A stretch of DNA of 32,000 nt from Mycobacterium leprae TN (GCF_000195855.1 NC_002677.1:150001-182000); one strand, 5' to 3'. Counted from the first letter of the stretch, positions 19,585-30,026 are shown. Notes: generated from the sequence alone by a model not told the origin. Made by a program: numbers and translations.

Positions 19585-20406
19585 ATGAGAGCAGCCGAAG
19601 CTTCGAAGGCGCTCATGTGGCGCATCATCGAAGAGAGTTGGAACAACGCCCAGTTCTACTTCGCGAAGGATCATCACCGGATTAAGGTCGTGCAGCAGGC
19701 GCTCAATGGGTGGGAGGCTCCTGTTTATCTTGAGATTGGCGTTTCGCACGGATTTGTATTTCGGCGTGTTGCCGCCGACGTGAAGATCGCCGTTGACCCG
19801 GCTTGCAAGCTCTCGGCCCGCTCTCGCCGGCTCGCTGCTGCGAAGGCACGTGCCACCCACTACTTCGAGATGACCAGTGACGCCTTTTTTGCGGATGAGA
19901 CGGCCTTTCTTGAGCAGCGCGGCATCGACGTTGCGCTGATTGATGGGTTACATACTTATGGACAGGTCGTGCGTGATGTCGAGAACACTCTGCGCTATCT
20001 GCGCGATGACGGGATTATTGTCCTGCACGACTGCAATCCCAAGCAGGCCTCGGTCGCCTACCCGGCGACGTCCTACGCCGACTTTCGTGCGCATAATCAC
20101 TGGTGGAACGGCCCCTGGAGCGGAGATGTTTGGAAATCGATTGTCCACCTGCGCAGCACTCGGCACGACTTGCGCATCGCGGTGCTGGACTGTGACTGGG
20201 GCGTCGGGATCATACGAAAAGGATCACCGGAATCGCCATTGTCTTACTCGGCTGCGCAGATCGAGGCGCTCAATTACGAGGATCTCGTCGCCGACCGCGG
20301 GTGTTTACTTAACCTGAGACCGCCCGCCTATCTAGATGATTTTCTCTCACTTCAGCGCTCAATCTCACCAAATTCCTACAATACCGCCCGGGTCGACCCT
20401 GCTTGA
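19585..20406 (+). CDS. Class I SAM-dependent O-methyltransferase (PGL sugar methyltransferase candidate)
   Basis: A 273-aa ORF preceded by the SD AAAGGAG. Motif I is VYLEIGVSHG, and later elements ALIDGLHTY and IIVLHDCNP also fit. It lies between the two glycosyltransferase copies. Confidence 0.85.
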   Translation: MRAAEASKALMWRIIEESWNNAQFYFAKDHHRIKVVQQALNGWEAPVYLEIGVSHGFVFRRVAADVKIAVDPACKLSARSRRLAAAKARATHYFEMTSDAFFADETAFLEQRGIDVALIDGLHTYGQVVRDVENTLRYLRDDGIIVLHDCNPKQASVAYPATSYADFRAHNHWWNGPWSGDVWKSIVHLRSTRHDLRIAVLDCDWGVGIIRKGSPESPLSYSAAQIEALNYEDLVADRGCLLNLRPPAYLDDFLSLQRSISPNSYNTARVDPA

Positions 20407-20661
20407 ATACGACCCGAATAACTGGCTCTCTCACCCGAGATTATCGTCCGTGCTGCTCCGCTACTATTGCTAGAACATTGGGTCAACTAACGCTGAATGT
20501 TCCGAATAATTCTAGACCAAAATTTTTTACTGCTGGTGAGTGTAAATTGTGTGATTGATGTATCGGTTATGTTGTCAAATTGAAGCAACATCAGTATTTA
20601 TATTGGAATTCTGCTACGGACAATGTGTTCGCATTGCTAGGGCTATACGAGGAGATGAGGA

Positions 20662-21351
20662 ATGGAACGAGTACGACAAATGTTCAGTTGTGTGTCCGGA
20701 ATGATTTACCGGCCTACCGATTCTATAGCCGAAGAATATCACAAATGGTATTACGGCAACTTTGTGTGGAATACTACTACTTGGATGGGGATTAAATGCT
20801 TGAAGTCGGTCAGCGATATGTGGAACTACCAGGAAATCCTGATCGAGTTGGAACCCTCCCTGGTCATAGAGTTCGGTAGCCGCTTCGGTGGCTCTGCGCT
20901 TTTTTTTGCCAACGTCATGATGCACATCGGCCAACCGTTCAAGGTGCTCTCGGTGGATATTTCTCACAAGGATCTCGACCCAGCAGCGCGCCAACCAGAT
21001 ATTTTGTTCATCGAATCACCATCTACCGCGCCGGCGATCGCCGAGCAAATTCGACGCCTTAAAAATGAATACCCCGGTAAGATCTTCGCCATCTTGGACA
21101 GTGATCACTCGATGAAACAAGTACTGGCCGAGATGAAACTACTACAACCTTTACTCACCGCTGGTGACTATCTGGTCGTGGAAGATTCTAATCTCAATGG
21201 CCATCCCGTTCTTCCGCGGTTTGGCGCCGGCCCGTATGAAGCCATTGAGGCATACGAGCGTGAATTTCCGGGTGATTACGAGCACGATGTCGCACGGGAG
21301 AAAAAATTCGGATTTACATTCGCGACCAACGGATTCTTGATCCGCAAATAA
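20662..21351 (+). CDS. CmcI/cephalosporin-hydroxylase-family methyltransferase (Rv2959c-like rhamnosyl O-methyltransferase)
   Basis: A 229-aa ORF. It reads AEEYHKWYYGNFVWNTTTWMGIKCLKSVSDMWNYQEILIELEPSLVIEFGSRFGGSALFFAN...ILDSDHS, nearly collinear with Rv2959c as I recall it. Confidence 0.9.
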   Translation: MERVRQMFSCVSGMIYRPTDSIAEEYHKWYYGNFVWNTTTWMGIKCLKSVSDMWNYQEILIELEPSLVIEFGSRFGGSALFFANVMMHIGQPFKVLSVDISHKDLDPAARQPDILFIESPSTAPAIAEQIRRLKNEYPGKIFAILDSDHSMKQVLAEMKLLQPLLTAGDYLVVEDSNLNGHPVLPRFGAGPYEAIEAYEREFPGDYEHDVAREKKFGFTFATNGFLIRK

Positions 21352-21548
21352 GAGCATATAGTGTGAGGCAACTCGACGACCTCATCTCGAGCAGCCTAGA
21401 CGTCAGTAATCACCATTGGATTATTACCGCCCGGGCGTTCGACCAACGAATTTTGTAGCTTCAAGTTCGCATCCGCGCCCAGGGCGGCAACGGCAGCGTT
21501 GCCACAGGCCGATCAAGCTGGCCGATAACGCGTCATTTCGAATCAGGC

Positions 21549-22904
21549 CGTCGCCCGTGTAGGCTACCGGCGTCGAGGTGGGGGATACTAAAGCGCTTTA
21601 GATGTTGCCAGCGAGGTGGGAAAGGATGCCGGTATGAGCACGGCACCGGATACTGTACCCGAGTGCCAGTCCCGTAGGATGCGGATCCTCTTTATCGCGG
21701 AAGCAGTTACCCTGTCCACCGTTGTGCGGCCGTTTGCCGTGGCGCGCTTGCTTGACCCAAGCCGGTATGAGGTGCACTTCGCCTGCGATCCACGGTACAA
21801 CAACCTGTTGGGTCCGTTGCCTTTCCCTCACCACCCGATCCACACCGTCCCCAGTGAGTGGGTTCTCACCAGGATCGCTCAGGGCCGACTTTTCTATACT
21901 ACCCGGACGCTGCGGAAGTACGTCGAGGAGGACAGCAAATTGCTGTCCGAGATCGAACCGGACCTCGTGGTCGGTGACGCTCGCTGGTCGCTGTCCGTTA
22001 GCGCCCGACTAGCAAGTATTCCCTATATTGCAATCGCCAATGCCTACTGGAGTTCCCACGCCCGCCGCCGATTGCCGCTGCCGGACGTGCTGTGGACCCG
22101 GATCCTGGGTGTTAGGCTGGTGAACATCTTATTCAGGCTATACAGCCCATTGATCTTCGCTATCTATTGTTTGCCGCTCAACTGGGTCCGCCGCAAGCAC
22201 GGGTTGCCGAGCCTGGGTTCAAATATTGGTTGCATTTACACCGATGGTGATTACACGCTTTATGCCGACGTGCCCGAATTGGTGCCGACGTACGATCTGC
22301 CGGCCAACCATCAGTATCTCGGACCTGTTCTTTGGTCGCCTGCTGGAGAGTTGCCGAGATGGTGGGATTCGCTGCCAACCGACCGGCCGATCGTCTATGC
22401 AACGTTAGGCACTTCCGGTGGTAAGAATCTGTTGCAGGTGGTGTTGGATGCCTTAGCTGACTTGCCGGTGACGGTGATCGCTGCCACCGCTGGTCGCAGT
22501 GAGCTGCAGAATGTTCCCGCCAACGCCTTCGTGGCGGATTACTTGCCAGGCGAGGCTGCCGCAGCACGCTCTGCTGTGGTGATATGCAACGGTGGTAGTT
22601 TGACGACGCAGCAGGCCTTCGTAGCCGGGGTGCCGGTGGTCGGGATCGCCGGTAACCTGGACCAACACCTGAATATGGAAGCCGTTGAGGCGGCCGGCGC
22701 AGGTATCTTGCTGCGAAGTGAGCGGCTCAAGGTCCGGCGGGTGGCGGACGCGGTAAATCGGGTGCTTGGTCAGTCCGAATATCGGCAAGCTGCCCAGCGA
22801 CTCGCCGAAGTGTTGGAGCGACACGTTGCTGGACTCCCGCAGCACATGGAGAATGTGTTGCACACCGTATCGCAGAACCCGCCCCCGACATCGCTGGCCA
22901 GACA
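21549..22904 (+). repeat. Direct repeat copy B (85-nt leader plus almost the whole glycosyltransferase CDS)
   Basis: This is the partner of 17531-18889. The final 662 nt (22243-22904) are identical to 18228-18889 on line-by-line reading. Confidence 0.95.
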
Positions 22905-22923
22905 AAACGAAACTACGACCTAG
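21634..22923 (+). CDS. GT1-family (GT-B fold) glycosyltransferase, Rv2962c-like paralogue, copy B
   Basis: It has the same leader, SD and start context as copy A. About 29 residues and one codon differ, all within roughly residues 28-215. The C-terminal tail is distinct (ARQNETTT against [10 protein letters not shown]). Confidence 0.9.
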   Translation: MSTAPDTVPECQSRRMRILFIAEAVTLSTVVRPFAVARLLDPSRYEVHFACDPRYNNLLGPLPFPHHPIHTVPSEWVLTRIAQGRLFYTTRTLRKYVEEDSKLLSEIEPDLVVGDARWSLSVSARLASIPYIAIANAYWSSHARRRLPLPDVLWTRILGVRLVNILFRLYSPLIFAIYCLPLNWVRRKHGLPSLGSNIGCIYTDGDYTLYADVPELVPTYDLPANHQYLGPVLWSPAGELPRWWDSLPTDRPIVYATLGTSGGKNLLQVVLDALADLPVTVIAATAGRSELQNVPANAFVADYLPGEAAAARSAVVICNGGSLTTQQAFVAGVPVVGIAGNLDQHLNMEAVEAAGAGILLRSERLKVRRVADAVNRVLGQSEYRQAAQRLAEVLERHVAGLPQHMENVLHTVSQNPPPTSLARQNETTT

Positions 22924-23169
22924 CTATCAGCTAAGAATATCATGTGACCCTTGAATTACTCGTCGACCGTAGGTCGAGGCGCTTAATGGCGCTACCTCAC
23001 TTGCGCGCGCGAGCGCTTCTTAACCTGAGGCTGTGTTGCGTGCCTAACGGATTTCTCGCCCCAGAGTGCCGAAAGTCGTGATTCCGGGTCCACTTTGCTT
23101 GACCACGACTAGCTTCTAGGTTCGTCTTTTGCCACAGCCGGTGCGCCTTGGCGGTGACCGGATTGAGTG

Positions 23170-24426
23170 TCAGCTCAGCCGGGTTGTCCCTATGACCACG
23201 CCTGCGCTGGGGAGCCGCGTCAGCAGCGCCTCGCCCATCGCCGCGGCGGGAGTAAGCACACCCCGCAGCTCGGAGAGCCGATCGCGATCGAGCGCCAGTG
23301 TCAGACCACTTGCGGCAAGCAGCCCCGCTGTCGACTTGTACGCGTCAACGTTGTGCGCGAAAGTCGCCATATAGCGTGCACCGGTGGTTGTCGTGGTGTA
23401 TGTCTCGAACGTGTAATGGCCCCGCGCTTGAGTTTTTCGGCTTGGACCAGTGCCTGATTTGGGTGTGACGCGTTCCACTACCCGCCGGGGTAATCGGTTG
23501 AAATACTTGTTTCCCAAGCCGACAGCACCAGCCACAACACTGGTGACAGCTGCAGAAGCAACTGGTGCCGCCCACGACTTGCCCAGACTCATCGTCTCTG
23601 AGTATCGGAATTGCCGGCCATAGGACCAATTCTGTAATGCATTGCTACGCCGAACAATTCGAGTATTGAATTGGGCTTGAACAAATCCCCCGGTCCAGAA
23701 TCCGGCAAGTTCGGGGGCCAGATCACTTCCTCGATGCCGGGGAAAGTCTGGCTGCGGACCCAGGTCAGGTTCGGCGTCTCGGTCTGTGGTCAGAGTATAT
23801 GGGTCGGTGACGAGCCGAAGGGCCTCGGGATCGTTGGATGTAGTCAGCATTGCCTCCGAATATGCCGCAACTGAGCCACCGGAAACCCAGCGCTGAGAGA
23901 ACGAGCGAAGCACAAGGTCGGTGTCGCAGAGTTCACCGGTGCGGTCTTCGATCACCCGGCGGTACAGCTGGTAAACGTTTAGATCTGAAGGGACCGAATC
24001 GAATCCGCACGCCAAGATTATCCGGGCGCCAGTGGCGGCTGCTTGTTTGTGGTGCAAATCAATACTGTTTCGGCAAAACATCAGTTCGCCGGTCAAGTCG
24101 GCATAGTCCGTTCCAGTTCTCGCGCAGGCCGCCACCAGCGGCAGTCCGTAGCGCGTATACGGCCCAACAGTCGTTAGCACCACCTGGGCTCGACCCGCCA
24201 TCGCCTCGAGCGTCGACGGTTGTGACGCGTCGGCGACAATCAGCGGCCAGTCCTGTGCGTTTGGGCCTAACAGCGCCCGCACGTTCCGTAACCGTTCGCT
24301 TGACCGGCCGGCCAGCGCGATCCGTGCTGTGGACTCGCTAAGTGCGAGATGTTCGGCGGTCAACTTGCCAGAGAAGCCTGTAGCGCCGTACAAAACAATG
24401 TCGAACTCACGCTTATCTGGGCTCAT
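23170..24426 (-). CDS. Saccharopine-dehydrogenase-like trans-acting enoyl reductase of the PDIM/PGL pathway (Rv2953-like)
   Basis: A 418-aa ORF with the N-terminal NAD(P) motif FDIVLYGATGFSGKL. Its length and position next to the Rv2952 homologue match the M. tuberculosis locus. Confidence 0.88.
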   Translation of the reverse strand: MSPDKREFDIVLYGATGFSGKLTAEHLALSESTARIALAGRSSERLRNVRALLGPNAQDWPLIVADASQPSTLEAMAGRAQVVLTTVGPYTRYGLPLVAACARTGTDYADLTGELMFCRNSIDLHHKQAAATGARIILACGFDSVPSDLNVYQLYRRVIEDRTGELCDTDLVLRSFSQRWVSGGSVAAYSEAMLTTSNDPEALRLVTDPYTLTTDRDAEPDLGPQPDFPRHRGSDLAPELAGFWTGGFVQAQFNTRIVRRSNALQNWSYGRQFRYSETMSLGKSWAAPVASAAVTSVVAGAVGLGNKYFNRLPRRVVERVTPKSGTGPSRKTQARGHYTFETYTTTTTGARYMATFAHNVDAYKSTAGLLAASGLTLALDRDRLSELRGVLTPAAAMGEALLTRLPSAGVVIGTTRLS

Positions 24427-24465
24427 CCGGGTGACACTACCCGAGTGCTTGCAATCGACGCAGCC

Positions 24466-25278
24466 TCAGTCCTTGGCGAAGGAGTACATCCGATATGACA
24501 GCTCCCCGCCCTCCAGGTAACGGGACAACTGCGTGCCTTGCACACCAATGAACTCGCGGCCAGCGAAGCGCAGGAAGGCCGGCAGATGTCGATCGACTAG
24601 GTCTCGAGATTTTTGTGAATTGCTCGCAATGCCACGAAGGACCTCGGCATTGATTTCTCTCTGTGAAAGTTGTTGCAATCGGCTATTGGCGAAGTCAACT
24701 TCCCATTCACCGACTTTATTACTGGGCCGCAGGTCGGCGTAGGCTAAGTGCCCTCCTGGGCGCAGCACGCGAACAACCTCAGCAAGAAAGCGTGGAAAGT
24801 GCGGGTAGCAGTGCGAGGCTTCGATATTGATTACCACGTCGAAGGATTCATTGTCGAAGGGCAGGTTTTCGGCGTCCCCTCGCACAAATTCTAACCCAGG
24901 CAGCTGGTGTCGCTTTTGGCACAGCTTGATGCCTGCCGGATTCAAGTCCAGCCCCGTGTAGGAGGCTGGGTGCAAGGCACGGGTGAGGTACGAAGCTCCG
25001 CCGCCGTGACCGCAACTAACTTCCAGTATTCGTTTGCCGCTCAGATTGACCTGAGTCGCTGTGCGGTGGTACAGGTTGATGTGGGCCCGGTTGGGCTCGT
25101 CAGATGCCTCCAGTGGCAAGGCCATCGGTGGATCCTCTTCATAGGCCCAGTTGATGAACATAATTTCGTCGGTGCCGAGCTTATGCGTCATTAGCGGGTA
25201 CCAGAACCTCCAAACCCTCTTGTACATGGAGGTATTGCCTGCGCTGGCGAGAAAGCTATGGATTCGCGTGAAGGCCAT
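24466..25278 (-). CDS. Phthiotriol/phenolphthiotriol dimycocerosate O-methyltransferase (Rv2952-like)
   Basis: From the ATG at 25278 it reads [31 protein letters not shown]...[15 protein letters not shown], 270 aa, and matches Rv2952 closely as recalled. The ORF-track start is 6 codons further upstream. Confidence 0.9.
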   Translation of the reverse strand: MAFTRIHSFLASAGNTSMYKRVWRFWYPLMTHKLGTDEIMFINWAYEEDPPMALPLEASDEPNRAHINLYHRTATQVNLSGKRILEVSCGHGGGASYLTRALHPASYTGLDLNPAGIKLCQKRHQLPGLEFVRGDAENLPFDNESFDVVINIEASHCYPHFPRFLAEVVRVLRPGGHLAYADLRPSNKVGEWEVDFANSRLQQLSQREINAEVLRGIASNSQKSRDLVDRHLPAFLRFAGREFIGVQGTQLSRYLEGGELSYRMYSFAKD

Positions 25279-25440
25279 GGGTAAGGAGTATGGCAAAAAC
25301 TTTGGGTGGCTGCCATGGCACGCGGCGTGAGTTTGCCGCCGAGGCGTTGTTTGGAATGCCTGGGCGCAGGAAGCGGCTGCCGCTGCGGTAATGTCGTCGA
25401 CATGACGTTAGTCGACAGCACGGAACGGGGACAATGAGCT

Positions 25441-26589
25441 GTGGCTGGATTTCGTTTCGGCTTTGTTGATGCGCTTGTGCATACGCTATTTCCACCAAGC
25501 CTGCCGGCGCGGGCCAGTATCGTGTCCGGCGCAGTACTGGGCGCTGATTCGTACTGGGTCGGCGATCATTTGAACGCGCTGGTGCCGCGTTCAGTCGCAA
25601 CACCTAAATACCTCGGAGTTGCGGCGAAGGTGGTACCCAAGATCGACGCCAACTATGAGCCGTGGACGATGCTGGGAAACCTCGCCGCTGGGAATCGGCT
25701 CAACGGCCTGCGACTGGGTGTGTGCGTCACTGACGCTGGTCGCCGCAATCCAGCAGTCACGGCGCAAGCCGCTGCTACTCTGCATCTACTTACCCGGGGC
25801 AAAGCCATGCTTGGTATCGGTGTTGGGGAGCGTGAAGGCAACGAGCCTTACGGCGTAGAGTGGACAAAGCCCGTTGCGCGGTTCCAAGAAGCTTTGGCTA
25901 CAATTCGCGCGTTGTGGGATTCAAACGGGGAACTGGTTTCGCGTGAATCTCAATTCTTTCCTCTACATAACGCCTTGTTCGATCTTCCGCCATATCGTGG
26001 GAAATGGCCCGAAATCTGGGTCGCGGCACACGGGCCGCGGATGCTGCAGGCCACTGGACGCTATGCCGACGCCTGGATTCCGATTGTTTTGGTTCGTCCC
26101 ACCGACTACAGTTGTGCACTCGAAGTTGTGCGTACCGCGGCGTCCGACGCTGGACGTGACCCAATGTCGATTACCCCTGCTGCTGTGCGCGGTATCATCA
26201 CTGGTCGGACTCGCGATGACGTGGATGAGGCGTTGGACTCTGTCCTCGTGAGAATGATCGCGCTCGGAGTACCTGGGGAAGCTTGGGCGCGCCACGGTGT
26301 TGAGCATCCAATGGGAGCCGATTTCGCTGGTGTGCAGGACATCATTCCTCAAACCATAGATGAGGAGACAGTTGTGTCATATGCGGCTAAAGTCCCGGCC
26401 GCACTTATGAAAGAAGTCCTTTTTAGTGGGACGCCTGAGGAAGTCATCGATCAAGTAGCGGAATGGCGCGATCACGGCCTGAAGTATCTAGTTGTTATCA
26501 ACGGCAGTCTAGTTAACTCGAGTTTGCGTAAGACTGTTTCGGCGCTCCTGCCGCACGCCAGGGTACTGCGTGGACTCAAGAAACTGTGA
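25441..26589 (+). CDS. F420-dependent LLM-family phthiodiolone/phenolphthiodiolone ketoreductase (Rv2951c-like)
   Basis: A 382-aa ORF with a GTG start. It reads [12 protein letters not shown]...[18 protein letters not shown]...[22 protein letters not shown], nearly collinear with Rv2951c as recalled. Confidence 0.9.
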
Positions 26590-27352
26590 CCGACTCAAGA
26601 AGTTGTGATCTACCCCATCATGGGTAGAAGATGTTAGGTAGTCTGACCTAGGCTGTTTAGCGCGCCAAAAACGGCTAGTGGTAGGTCGTTTCGGCTTGTC
26701 AGGACTAGAGTTCAAGCATGTTTTTCAAAGGCATCGCAAGATTGCCAAGATTGCAGCGTTAGCATGCCGTTATCTAGTCTGGGTCAGACTACCGACTTGC
26801 GTGTAGTTTGTGTACATTAAGGTGTTTTCCTGCGGCCAGCGAAGTATGAGCTTGGTCACTTTCCGTTGCGCGAATGGGAACGACGGGCAAAGGCGCATTG
26901 TTCTCTGCCGCAACGGATTTGCTACGATTCGCGCGAGTGTAGGACATGCTGCACTGCGTGGGCTGGCCAATCATGATTCTGTCGCCATGACTTGTCTCGT
27001 GACGCGTGTTCCGCCAGAATCAGTCCCGAGACCGGATCGAAGGGTGTCAACGCAGACGCCACTCGGCCTTCGGTGCGATCGACAGGTCAACTTCGAAGGC
27101 TAGATCAATAGGACGGGCCAAGTTGCCCCCAACCTTGTATCACACAAACCCGGGGTCCTGCTAGCGCTGATGCTGCGCAGGGTAATCAGCTTAGTTGTTT
27201 CGGCAAAAAGTCACGTCCTTTACCCCGCTATCGTGGGGCCTCATCAGATTTCGCGTCGCGGAGCCGGGCCAAGTATGAAGCGTCGACTCGGATTCGAGGA
27301 CACGGTAGCGAAACGGTCTTACCTTCTTGCCGTCAAGAGCCGAAGGATCATC

Positions 27353-29212
27353 ATGAAAGCGAATGTGTCATTTCACGCTAGGGGTGAGGTGGCAACGCAA
27401 CCTGCGCAGGGCCCACCTGAGCAAACGGGACAACTGGTCAACGGGACTGCAACGCGATTCGCGATGGGCGAGTCGATGCTCACCGATCTGTTGCAGAAAG
27501 CAGCCAGCCAGTTCCCCAATCGTGCGGCGTACAAGTTCATCGACTATGACGTGGATCCAGCGGGATTTACCGAAACTCTGACATGGTGGCAGGTCTATAG
27601 ACGCTCGATGAGCGTGGCGTATGAGCTCAGGATCTACGCGTCGGACGGCGATCGGGTCGCTATATTGGCCCCGCAGGGGCTTGAATACATAGTTGCCTTT
27701 ATGGGAGCGCTTCAGGCCGGTCTCATTGCTGTTCCTCTTCCAGCGCCTCAATTTGGCATTCATGACGAACGAATTTCTGCAGCATTGCGGGATTCTTTGC
27801 CCAGCGTAATTATTACGACCTCGGCGGCCATCGTTGAGGTCACAAAATATGCGCCACATGCACGCTCTGCGCAAGGCTCTGCGCCGGTCGTCGTGGCGGT
27901 GGACGTGCTGGACCTGGACTCTCCACGAGAGCTCGATCCGAGTCGGTATGAGCGTCTGAATACGGCATATCTGCAGTACACATCGGGGTCCACCCGAGCA
28001 CCGGCTGGTGTTATCGTTTCGCACAAGAACGTCATCACCAACTGTGTACAGTTAATGTCTGACTATTTGGGGGATATAGAGAAAGTTCCGTCAACTGCTG
28101 TCTCGTGGTTGCCGTTTTACCACGACATGGGGTTGATCCTGGGCGTCATTCTACCGATGGTCAATCAAGACACTGCGGTGTTGTTGAGTCCGATGGCATT
28201 TTTGCAGAGACCGGCTCGCTGGATGCAATTACTGGGAAAATATCGCGGTCAGATTTCTTGTGCGCCGAATTTTGGTTTCGAATTAGCGGTGCGCAGAACG
28301 TCGGATGACGATATGGCTGGACTTGATCTTGGACACGTGCGGGCGATTGCCACTGGGGCCGAACGCGTAAACGCTGCGACGCTCCAGCGTTTCACCGAAC
28401 GGTTTGCCCGCTTCAACCTAGATGAGACGGCAATTCGACCGTCATACGGGCTTGCCGAGGCGACGGTGTACGTGGCTACAGCTGGGCCAGGACGCCCACC
28501 TAAAAGCATCTGTTTCGACTACCAGCATTTGTCGGCCGGTAAGGCTAAGCGTAGCGCCAACGGCGCGGGTGATGGTGTGAACTTGGTCAGTTATGGCGCG
28601 CCGCGGGCGTCGGTACTGCGGATAGTTGACCCCGATACCAGGATTGAGACCTCGGAGGGGACGGTCGGGGAAATCTGGGTGCAGGGGGACAACGTTGCTC
28701 GTGGTTATTGGCGCAACCCCGAAAACACTGAGCGGACGTTCGGTGGACAACTTGTCAATCCTTCGCCTGGTACACCAGACGGCCCGTGGCTGCGCACCGA
28801 AGACCTCGGCGTCATTTTTGAAGGCGAACTGTTCATCACGGGTCGTATCAAGGATCTCTTGGTCGTGGATGGGTCCAACCACTATCCGGATGACATCGAG
28901 GCGACGATCCAGGAAATCACCGGTGGTCGGGTTGTGGCGATAGCTGTTCCGGATGATTGCACTGAGCAGTTGGTCACCATCATCGAACTCACAAAGTGGG
29001 GTTACGCGGATTGTGATGCGATGGAAAAGCTGTGCACGGTCAAACGTGAGGTCACCTCCGCGGTATCCAAGTCGCACCGGGTGCGTGTTGCGGACGTCGT
29101 TATCGTGGCTCCGGGTTCAATTCCTGTCACCACCAGCGGCAAGGTTCGACGTGCAGCCTGTGTCGAGCGTTATCTAAACCACGAATTCAACCGTCTAGAC
29201 GCTACGGCATGA
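27353..29212 (+). CDS. fadD29: Fatty-acyl-AMP ligase FadD29 (Rv2950c-like)
   Basis: The ATG at 27353 follows the SD GAAGGA and gives 619 aa, starting MKANVSFHARGEVATQP. The adenylation motifs are YLQYTSGSTRAPAGV, YGLAEAT and SGKVRR. The 61-codon upstream extension in the ORF track has no support. Confidence 0.9.
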   Translation: MKANVSFHARGEVATQPAQGPPEQTGQLVNGTATRFAMGESMLTDLLQKAASQFPNRAAYKFIDYDVDPAGFTETLTWWQVYRRSMSVAYELRIYASDGDRVAILAPQGLEYIVAFMGALQAGLIAVPLPAPQFGIHDERISAALRDSLPSVIITTSAAIVEVTKYAPHARSAQGSAPVVVAVDVLDLDSPRELDPSRYERLNTAYLQYTSGSTRAPAGVIVSHKNVITNCVQLMSDYLGDIEKVPSTAVSWLPFYHDMGLILGVILPMVNQDTAVLLSPMAFLQRPARWMQLLGKYRGQISCAPNFGFELAVRRTSDDDMAGLDLGHVRAIATGAERVNAATLQRFTERFARFNLDETAIRPSYGLAEATVYVATAGPGRPPKSICFDYQHLSAGKAKRSANGAGDGVNLVSYGAPRASVLRIVDPDTRIETSEGTVGEIWVQGDNVARGYWRNPENTERTFGGQLVNPSPGTPDGPWLRTEDLGVIFEGELFITGRIKDLLVVDGSNHYPDDIEATIQEITGGRVVAIAVPDDCTEQLVTIIELTKWGYADCDAMEKLCTVKREVTSAVSKSHRVRVADVVIVAPGSIPVTTSGKVRRAACVERYLNHEFNRLDATA

Positions 29213-29255
29213 ATGCCCACGTATGTGGGTTGTCCACTTTACCCCGGGATGAGCA

Positions 29256-29888
29256 ATGACCAATCGTACTCTGTCTAGGGAAGAAATCCGAAAGCTCGAT
29301 CGCGACCTTCGGATACTTGTCGCAACGAATGGTACCCTCACGCGGGTTCTCAACGTGGTTGCTAACGAAGAGATCGTCGTCGATATTATCAATCAACAAC
29401 TTCTCGATGTAGCCCCGAAAATACCTGAATTAGAGAACTTGAAAATTGGTCGGATTCTTCAGCGTGACATCTTGCTTAAGGGCCAGAAATCAGGAATACT
29501 GTTTGTTGCTGCGGAATCATTGATTGTCATTGATTTATTGCCCACCGCAATTACCACGTACTTGACGAAGACCCATCATCCTATCGGCGAGATTATGGCA
29601 GCGAGCCGTATCGAGACTTATAAGGAGGACGCTCAGGTCTGGATAGGGGATTTACCGTGTTGGCTCGCAGACTACGGATATTGGGATTTACCAAAAAGAG
29701 CTGTTGGTCGCCGATACAGGATCATAGCTGGAGGTCAACCGGTTATTATTACCACCGAGTATTTTCTTCGAAGTGTATTCCAAGACACTCCGCGTGAAGA
29801 ACTCGATCGTTGCCAGTATTCAAATGACATTGACACCAGGAGTGGAGATCGCTTTGTCCTTCATGGTCGAGTCTTTAAAAATCTCTAG
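29256..29888 (+). CDS. Chorismate pyruvate-lyase (p-hydroxybenzoate synthase, Rv2949c-like)
   Basis: A 210-aa ORF reading DLRILVATNGTLTRVLNVV...GRRYRIIAGGQPVIITTEYF, the UbiC-like fold pattern. It sits between fadD29 and fadD22, as in M. tuberculosis. Confidence 0.88.
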   Translation: MTNRTLSREEIRKLDRDLRILVATNGTLTRVLNVVANEEIVVDIINQQLLDVAPKIPELENLKIGRILQRDILLKGQKSGILFVAAESLIVIDLLPTAITTYLTKTHHPIGEIMAASRIETYKEDAQVWIGDLPCWLADYGYWDLPKRAVGRRYRIIAGGQPVIITTEYFLRSVFQDTPREELDRCQYSNDIDTRSGDRFVLHGRVFKNL

Positions 29889-30026
29889 TGCTAACAATGT
29901 CAGATTGCAGTCCTCGAGTCTGTGGAATGAAATTGCCTTGTGTGTAGTGTCACCAAATAGATATTTGTTCGTTCGACAAGCCAGAAAGACTATAAACTTA
30001 GAGCGGGCTAGGGTGGTTATCCGATA

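Noticed and set aside
26637-26793. 12-bp inverted repeat GGTAGTCTGACC / GGTCAGACTACC flanking about 133 bp, a possible MITE-like or mobile-element end
   Set aside because: A 12-bp inverted match within 200 bp is expected by chance about 0.4 times in a window this size. There are no target-site duplications and no internal features.
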